From positions 38,520-102,519 of the forward strand of contig QBVW01000006.1 in assembly GCA_003284215.1 (NCBI GenBank): a stretch of 64,000 nt of DNA, written 5' to 3'. This document shows positions 58,531 to 64,000 of this stretch, in pieces. This DNA comes from SAR86 cluster bacterium AG-313-D11 (GTDB lineage: Bacteria; Pseudomonadota; Gammaproteobacteria; Magnimaribacterales; D2472). The position numbers were made by a program, and so were the translations under genes. Positions within the stretch are counted from its first letter, which is position 1, and every line of letters begins with the position of its first letter. The notes below the pieces were generated by a model. The model did not search any database and was not told where the DNA came from. It worked only from the letters and a program-made list of their open reading frames with translations.

Positions 58531-59637
58531 TTATTCTTGTTCCTTTCTTATAAGCGTTGATGAAATATCATCCCTGAATATTTCCTCGCCAAATCCTGAA
58601 AATCTTTTTGCAATATGCTCCGGTATGGTGACTGAGTCAAGGCTAATAAATTTATTCATAATCTTACGACCAAATACTAAGAAGTTTATATTATGACTAT
58701 TAAATAAATCTAACTGATTAAGCATATCCTGACGATTTAGATAAAACTTCTCATCAAGAATTCTTTTAAGTGTGTCAGTTCCAATAATAAATACTGAGTT
58801 TGGAAATAGGGCTGCTTTGTCAGTAAATTTTCCTGCTTTAGTTAGAACCCATTCGTGCTCATTATTAAACTGACTAAGTGTTTTTTCAATTTCATGATAA
58901 GAAAGAGGCGGCTTATCTGCATTTTGAATACATATTTCATAAGCTAGACCAAGGCCAGTTTTCTTTTCAGCCAATTCACTCATAGAGTTATGCCCTGAAT
59001 GGAATGGGTTAAATGATCCTGGAAAAATTAGCTCAGGCACACGATTTGATGAGGATACAAAGTCAATTTTATTGTCGACTAATTTAACCCAGTTTTTATC
59101 AGCTTTAACGGTTTTAATTTTAAGAGAAGAGCTCTCAGAAATCCTGTGATCTTGCACTTTGCATGATTGTGCAATGGCATCAATTATATGGTCAGTAACA
59201 ACTTTTTCTTCCTCTTCTCGTGTTAACTCTCCCTTTACAAATGAATAAGAAAAGCTAGAGGAATATTTATAAGTTTGTATAGAAATAAAAAATTTGTGCT
59301 CTCCTTTTTTAGAATAATTTGTTGCTAATGACGCAGTGACCGCGACACCTAAAAGATTTTTTGGCTTTGTATTTGGATCAATTTTTTTTGCTGCACTGTA
59401 AGCCTTTGCTGCCATGCTTAGAGTTGTGCCTAGACTACAGTAATGATCAGGTTGTTTAAGAAGATAATAATCTAAAGACTCCTTTGCATAGGGAACATAT
59501 GCCTCTAACACTGATTTACTTGCTCCAGGAACTTTTAATATTTCTGATATCGCATTAGTGCCTCCACCGCTTGATACTAAAACAAATCTAAAAGGTGAGG
59601 AGTGTATCTTTTGAATGATTTCTAAATACTGAGACAT
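58531..59637 (-). CDS. fusion of a CinA-C/PncC-like domain and a NadD-like nucleotidyltransferase domain
   Basis: The N-terminal SSGGGTNAISEILKVPGASKSVLEAYVPYAKES resembles the PncC core TAESCTGG...AGSS..F.RGFVTYSNEAK. The C-terminus carries GSFNPFHSGH (the HxGH motif) and ISSTLIR. Confidence 0.55.
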   Translation of the reverse strand: MSQYLEIIQKIHSSPFRFVLVSSGGGTNAISEILKVPGASKSVLEAYVPYAKESLDYYLLKQPDHYCSLGTTLSMAAKAYSAAKKIDPNTKPKNLLGVAVTASLATNYSKKGEHKFFISIQTYKYSSSFSYSFVKGELTREEEEKVVTDHIIDAIAQSCKVQDHRISESSSLKIKTVKADKNWVKLVDNKIDFVSSSNRVPELIFPGSFNPFHSGHNSMSELAEKKTGLGLAYEICIQNADKPPLSYHEIEKTLSQFNNEHEWVLTKAGKFTDKAALFPNSVFIIGTDTLKRILDEKFYLNRQDMLNQLDLFNSHNINFLVFGRKIMNKFISLDSVTIPEHIAKRFSGFGEEIFRDDISSTLIRKEQE

Positions 59638-59689
59638 TTTAAATTTTCGCTATAAATCCGAATGTTTTTGAGTGCATAATTAAATTAAC

Positions 59690-61564
59690 ATGAATATTAA
59701 CAAGCAAACACTAGAAAGTGCATTAGATTCAGCCAGTTTTCCTGTTGTTGCAGTATTGTTAGTTCATTTTACAGGAGATATTTCAATATTAGATAAATTA
59801 CCAAAACCTAATCAAGTAATGCTAGGTGAAACGCAGGGATTTCTATCCAAGGAAGACAAACAAATAATTAAAAATTTAGCCCTCAAAGAAATATGTAGAT
59901 TTTTTTCTACCCATGAGGCTAATGATATTTACGTTCCGTCTAATGAAGAGCTTAATCAGATGATGAATTTTATAGTGGGAGAGAGCGTGTCTTCAGATTA
60001 CATTCCCATGATGTTAAGCGATTTAAATATTGCATCTCATGACTCAAAGTCAGATCTAGGAATTACAAAAACAACTTTGGAGGTATTGATTGTTGGGGCT
60101 GGTATGTCTGGAATCCTTGCCGCAATTAAACTAGCTGAAAGAGGGATAAAGTTTAAAATATATGAAAAGAATATTGATCTTGGCGGGACTTGGTATGAAA
60201 ACAAATACCCAGGCTCAAGAGTTGATATCGCAAATCATTTTTATTCATATTCATTTGAAGAAAATCATCAATGGTCAGAACATTTCTCTCAACAGCCAGA
60301 GCTATTAGATTATTTTAAAAGATGTTTTGATAAATATGATATTCGTAAGAACACATACTTTGAAACCAAGGTTACTGATATGAAGTTTGATGATTTAACT
60401 CAAACATGGGAAGTAGTGTCACTTAACGATGGAAGAAGTAATACGGAAATGATAAATATTGTTATTTCTTGTGTTGGCCAACTCAATCAAGCAAAAATTC
60501 CTCATATCAAAGGCTTAGATAAGTTTCAGGGTAATATGTTTCATTCTTCAAAATGGCCTGATTCTGATGTAATTGATGGAAAAAAGGTTGCTGTAGTTGG
60601 AAGTGGTGCAAGCGCATTTCAGATAGTTCCAAGCATTGCAAAATACTGTGAAGAGTTAACAATTTTTCAAAGATCACCTCCTTGGATGTTTCCAAATCTT
60701 AAATACCATGAAAAAGTAGATGAAGAAAAAAAATGGTTATTAGAAAACTTACCTTTTTACTCACGATGGTATAGATTTTTACTTTTTTATCCGGGGTCAG
60801 ATCAACTACTTGATTCTCTATTTATTGATTCTTCATGGAAAGATAGAGAAGATTCTATTAATCAAAAAAATGATGAAATGAGAGAGTTATTTACAAATGC
60901 TATGTTAGCGCAAATTTCTGATCAATCGCTTATTGATAAGGTAATTCCAAAATATCCTCCATTTGGAAAGAGAATGCTACAAGATAATGGCGCATGGCTG
61001 GAAGCACTGCATCTACCTAATGTTACTTTGCTTACAGAGGGAGTTGAGTGCATGAGTGCAAAAGGCATTGTTAGCTCTGAGAAGGAACATGAGTTTGATA
61101 CTGTGATCTTTGCTACAGGCTTTAAAGCTCAAGATTTTTTTGATCCCATTGATATTGACGGAGGTTCAGGCAGCTTCAAAAGTATTTACAAAGATTCTCC
61201 TCGGTCCTATTTAGGAATAACTTTCTCATCTATGCCAAATTTTTTTGCTATGTATGGTCCGGGCACTAATTTAGCTCATGCTGGAAGCATAATATTCAAC
61301 TCAGAATGCCAAATTAATTATATTTGTTCAGCAATTGAATTCATGATGGACAATGACTGCAAAGTTATCAAGGTAAAGCCTGATATTGAAAAACAATACC
61401 AAGATAGATTTGATGAGCAGCACAGTCAAATGGTGTGGCAGCATCCAAAAGTATCGAGCTGGTATCAAAATTCAACAGGTAAGGTTGTGACTACTTCTCC
61501 ATGGAGACTGGTAGAATATTGGAATTGGACAAATAACTTTAATCCAGATGAATATGACTTTTAA
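59690..61564 (+). CDS. Baeyer-Villiger (type I flavin) monooxygenase with a ~130-aa N-terminal extension
   Basis: It has two Rossmann motifs (GAGMSG, GSGASA) and the BVMO fingerprint FQGNMFHSSKWP. Confidence 0.8.
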   Translation: MNINKQTLESALDSASFPVVAVLLVHFTGDISILDKLPKPNQVMLGETQGFLSKEDKQIIKNLALKEICRFFSTHEANDIYVPSNEELNQMMNFIVGESVSSDYIPMMLSDLNIASHDSKSDLGITKTTLEVLIVGAGMSGILAAIKLAERGIKFKIYEKNIDLGGTWYENKYPGSRVDIANHFYSYSFEENHQWSEHFSQQPELLDYFKRCFDKYDIRKNTYFETKVTDMKFDDLTQTWEVVSLNDGRSNTEMINIVISCVGQLNQAKIPHIKGLDKFQGNMFHSSKWPDSDVIDGKKVAVVGSGASAFQIVPSIAKYCEELTIFQRSPPWMFPNLKYHEKVDEEKKWLLENLPFYSRWYRFLLFYPGSDQLLDSLFIDSSWKDREDSINQKNDEMRELFTNAMLAQISDQSLIDKVIPKYPPFGKRMLQDNGAWLEALHLPNVTLLTEGVECMSAKGIVSSEKEHEFDTVIFATGFKAQDFFDPIDIDGGSGSFKSIYKDSPRSYLGITFSSMPNFFAMYGPGTNLAHAGSIIFNSECQINYICSAIEFMMDNDCKVIKVKPDIEKQYQDRFDEQHSQMVWQHPKVSSWYQNSTGKVVTTSPWRLVEYWNWTNNFNPDEYDF

Positions 61565-63176
61565 ATTATTTATTATTAGCTTGGTCACTATTTGTACTAT
61601 GGCTAATGCAGAAGAAAAAAGACCGAATGTAATTATATTTTTAGTGGATGATTTAGGTTGGGCTGATATTTCATTAAGAGGGGCCCCCATTGATACTCCG
61701 GCAATTGATTCTTTATTTTCTGAAGGCTTAACGTTAGATAGATTTTACACAACACCTATATGCAGTCCAACTAGAGCAGCTTTGATGACAGGGCGTGATC
61801 CATTAAGGCTTGGAATTTCATATTCTGTCGTGATGCCATGGATGAACAATGGAGTTCATCCAGATGAACATTTCATGCCTGAATCCTTTAAGGCGGCCGG
61901 CTATCAAACTGCTATGGTAGGAAAATGGCACCTCGGGCATTCACAAGAAATATTTCATCCCAATGCTAGAGGTTTTGATGATTTTTATGGTCATATGCAT
62001 ACAGAAGTAGGGTACTTTCCTCCATTTGCAAATCAAGGCGGTATAGACTTTCAACGCAATGGTGAAACTATTTCAGATGAAGGTTATGAAACATTTCTGT
62101 TAGCTGATGAGGCTTCCAGGTGGATTAAAGCAAGAGATAAAGATAAACCTTTTTTTCTTTACATGCCATTTATTGCTCCTCATACTCCTTTAGAAGCCCC
62201 AGACGATCTTGTTGAAAAATATAAGAACTTAGAGGATACAAGAAAGCTTACAAGAAGTGCTGCAATTGATCGAACTAGAACATTGGGCGGCTTTCTTCCG
62301 AGTGCAAGACCTATTTACGCAGCTGTTGTGGACGGATTAGATCAAGCAATAGGTAAAGTTTTAGAGACTTTAGCATATGAAGGTATTGAAGAAGATACCA
62401 TAATATTATTTAGTAGTGATAATGGTGGAGCTGCATATGCTGGAGGCGGAGCTGATAACTTCCCACTCCGGGGAGGCAAAGGAGATACATATGAGGGAGG
62501 AATCAGAGTTATAGCTGCTGTAAAGTGGAAAGGCAAGCTGGAAGCAGGAAAAAACTTTGAATCAATAATGACTGTGATGGATGTTTTTCCCACTCTTGCA
62601 AGTGCTTCAGGAATTCCTATGTTAAATACAAAGGAAATTTGGGGAAGAGATATGTGGCCGGCTATAAAAGATGGAAAAAAAGTTAAGCTCGATAAAGAAG
62701 TTTATTTTGCATCTGAGACTCCCAATTATGGCGAATTTCATACAACAGTTTTTAATGATAAATGGAAATTGGTTCAAGTTATAACAAGTTCATTATTAGA
62801 CATTAATGTAGAAAATAAATTATTTGATATCAGTGCTGATCCAAATGAATATAATAATCTTGCGGAAGAATATCCAAAATTAGTTGAAATAATGGCTAAT
62901 AACATTAGAGAGTGGCGAGCACTTCATCCCATATCAGGCGTAAGAGCTCAATTAGTTCCGCCTCCCGGATGGAGAGCTCCAAAAGATTGGACAAGTTACA
63001 CTATTCCCATCGAAGATTTGCAAGAAGATGCATCTCTTGGTTTTGGCGCTCATGCTCATCAGGTATTAGATTATTTAATAAAAGATCATGGAAGAATTAT
63101 TTATGATTGCCAGCCTGGAGATTGGGAGCGTGGAAAATGTAAGGCTCCAGAATTACCAAAAACCCATCAACACTAA
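61548..63176 (+). CDS. Cys-type (formylglycine) arylsulfatase, secreted
   Basis: It has a signal peptide and the sulfatase signature CSPTRAALMTGR, plus the GKWHLG motif. It overlaps the BVMO gene by 17 nt. Confidence 0.9.
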   Translation: MNMTFKLFIISLVTICTMANAEEKRPNVIIFLVDDLGWADISLRGAPIDTPAIDSLFSEGLTLDRFYTTPICSPTRAALMTGRDPLRLGISYSVVMPWMNNGVHPDEHFMPESFKAAGYQTAMVGKWHLGHSQEIFHPNARGFDDFYGHMHTEVGYFPPFANQGGIDFQRNGETISDEGYETFLLADEASRWIKARDKDKPFFLYMPFIAPHTPLEAPDDLVEKYKNLEDTRKLTRSAAIDRTRTLGGFLPSARPIYAAVVDGLDQAIGKVLETLAYEGIEEDTIILFSSDNGGAAYAGGGADNFPLRGGKGDTYEGGIRVIAAVKWKGKLEAGKNFESIMTVMDVFPTLASASGIPMLNTKEIWGRDMWPAIKDGKKVKLDKEVYFASETPNYGEFHTTVFNDKWKLVQVITSSLLDINVENKLFDISADPNEYNNLAEEYPKLVEIMANNIREWRALHPISGVRAQLVPPPGWRAPKDWTSYTIPIEDLQEDASLGFGAHAHQVLDYLIKDHGRIIYDCQPGDWERGKCKAPELPKTHQH

Positions 63177-64000
63177 TGAAGCAACTTATTCTAATTTCCT
63201 TCATTTTCTTATGTTTTGATCTTCTTGCCCGACAAATAGAAGAAACAACCTTTTCTTATTGGGATAAGCCTGATGCACAAATTTATTACTCAAAACCTGA
63301 TTCAATAGATGCAAATACGAAAATTATTTTTATTATGCATGGAGCCTCAAGAACAGCAGAGCAATACTTAAATGATTGGCTGCCTTTAGCTAACAATAGA
63401 AATGTTGTGCTTATAGCACCAAAATTTTCAAAAGAATTCTATCCAGAGTATGTATATTTAATGATGGCCACTGAACGAGGCAGGATGCTCAAAGACGAAT
63501 CACTTTATCTAACTGATTCTCTGGGAACCCTGTTTGATTATTTTAAGGCTAAGTTAAAACTATCAACGACAACTTATAGACTTTATGGTCATTCTGGCGG
63601 ATCTCAATTTGTGCATAGATATCTCTTGCTGAGCGATGAAAGAAGGGTTGAAAAAGCGGCAATGGCAAATGCAGGACTTTATACTTTTGTAGATGATCAA
63701 ATTCCCTACCCATTTGGTATTAAAAATATGAACGTTCCTGATGAGAGACTAGCATGGTTTCTTAGACTTAAAGGAGGAGTGTTTTTAGGTGCTGCTGATA
63801 CTGATCCACGGCATCACTTATTACTCTCTTCGCGAAAAGCAAGAAAACAGGGGAAGCATAGATTTGAACGAGGAAATAATTTTTTTAATGATCTAATTAA
63901 ATTAGGAGTGGAAAATAATCTTCCGTTTCGATGGAGATTTCAGACTGTTCCAAGCATTGCTCATGATAATGCTGGCATGAGTTTAGCTGCATCTGAGTTT
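63176..64000 (+). CDS. secreted alpha/beta hydrolase (esterase/depolymerase-like); 3' end beyond the window
   Basis: My translation is MKQLILISFIFLCFDLLA...YGHSGGSQFVHRY, which contains a GxSxG motif. The ATG overlaps the sulfatase TAA (TAATG). The frame stays open to the window edge, so the ORF is not in the track. Confidence 0.6.
   Translation, partial: MKQLILISFIFLCFDLLARQIEETTFSYWDKPDAQIYYSKPDSIDANTKIIFIMHGASRTAEQYLNDWLPLANNRNVVLIAPKFSKEFYPEYVYLMMATERGRMLKDESLYLTDSLGTLFDYFKAKLKLSTTTYRLYGHSGGSQFVHRYLLLSDERRVEKAAMANAGLYTFVDDQIPYPFGIKNMNVPDERLAWFLRLKGGVFLGAADTDPRHHLLLSSRKARKQGKHRFERGNNFFNDLIKLGVENNLPFRWRFQTVPSIAHDNAGMSLAASEF

Noticed and set aside
1-64000. CRISPR arrays, IS elements or transposases, rRNA genes, prophage blocks
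   Set aside because: Reading both strands, I saw no regularly spaced direct repeats, no transposase- or integrase-length ORFs with recognisable motifs, and no rRNA-like conserved segments. The only integrase-like trace is the N-terminal motif at 4414-4644.

Overview
This is an AT-rich (by eye), very densely coding 64-kb chromosomal segment. I call about 55 CDS and one tRNA-Gly(GCC). I saw no rRNA, CRISPR array, transposase or intact integrase. Many neighbouring genes overlap by 1-4 nt (ATGA or TAATG junctions), and several convergent gene pairs overlap at their 3' ends, which suggests a streamlined genome. The gene content includes three TonB-dependent receptors, GH2 and GH3 glycosidases, a sulfatase, a Na+/solute symporter and few regulators. 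Together with gammaproteobacterial-type housekeeping genes (typA, rhlE), this suggests a marine heterotrophic gammaproteobacterium, possibly SAR86-like; that assignment is inference only. Recognisable modules are: (1) korB-korA plus a GltD-like flavoprotein/ferredoxin fusion; (2) an SDR / serine hydrolase / S1-P1 nuclease / patatin operon; (3) a Xanthomonas-type arginine operon, argF'-argG-argE-argA/B-argC-argH; (4) glcB-DUF1330-GH2; (5) pyk; (6) a LacI-controlled symporter-glucokinase-GH3 cluster; (7) a Baeyer-Villiger monooxygenase / sulfatase / esterase operon. The signals most worth a second look are listed here. First, an orphan, strikingly purine-rich, roughly 220-nt transcription unit with a near-consensus promoter and a strong intrinsic terminator lies just upstream of pyk (47562-47814). 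Second, a small ORF ending in four consecutive Arg codons abuts a U-tract hairpin directly in front of the arginine operon (22021-22170), and an 11-Arg, 42-aa ORF sits at the operon's 3' end. Third, a TonB receptor is followed by two secreted proteins, each built from tandem copies of one ~100-aa module. Fourth, an RRM protein is translationally coupled to a glycine-zipper mini-membrane protein. Fifth, an integrase-arm-like N-terminus is fused in frame to an oxidoreductase. Sixth, operator-like motifs are shared between a distant TonB receptor promoter and the LacI-regulated locus. All functional calls come from motif recognition in the supplied translations. No database search was run.
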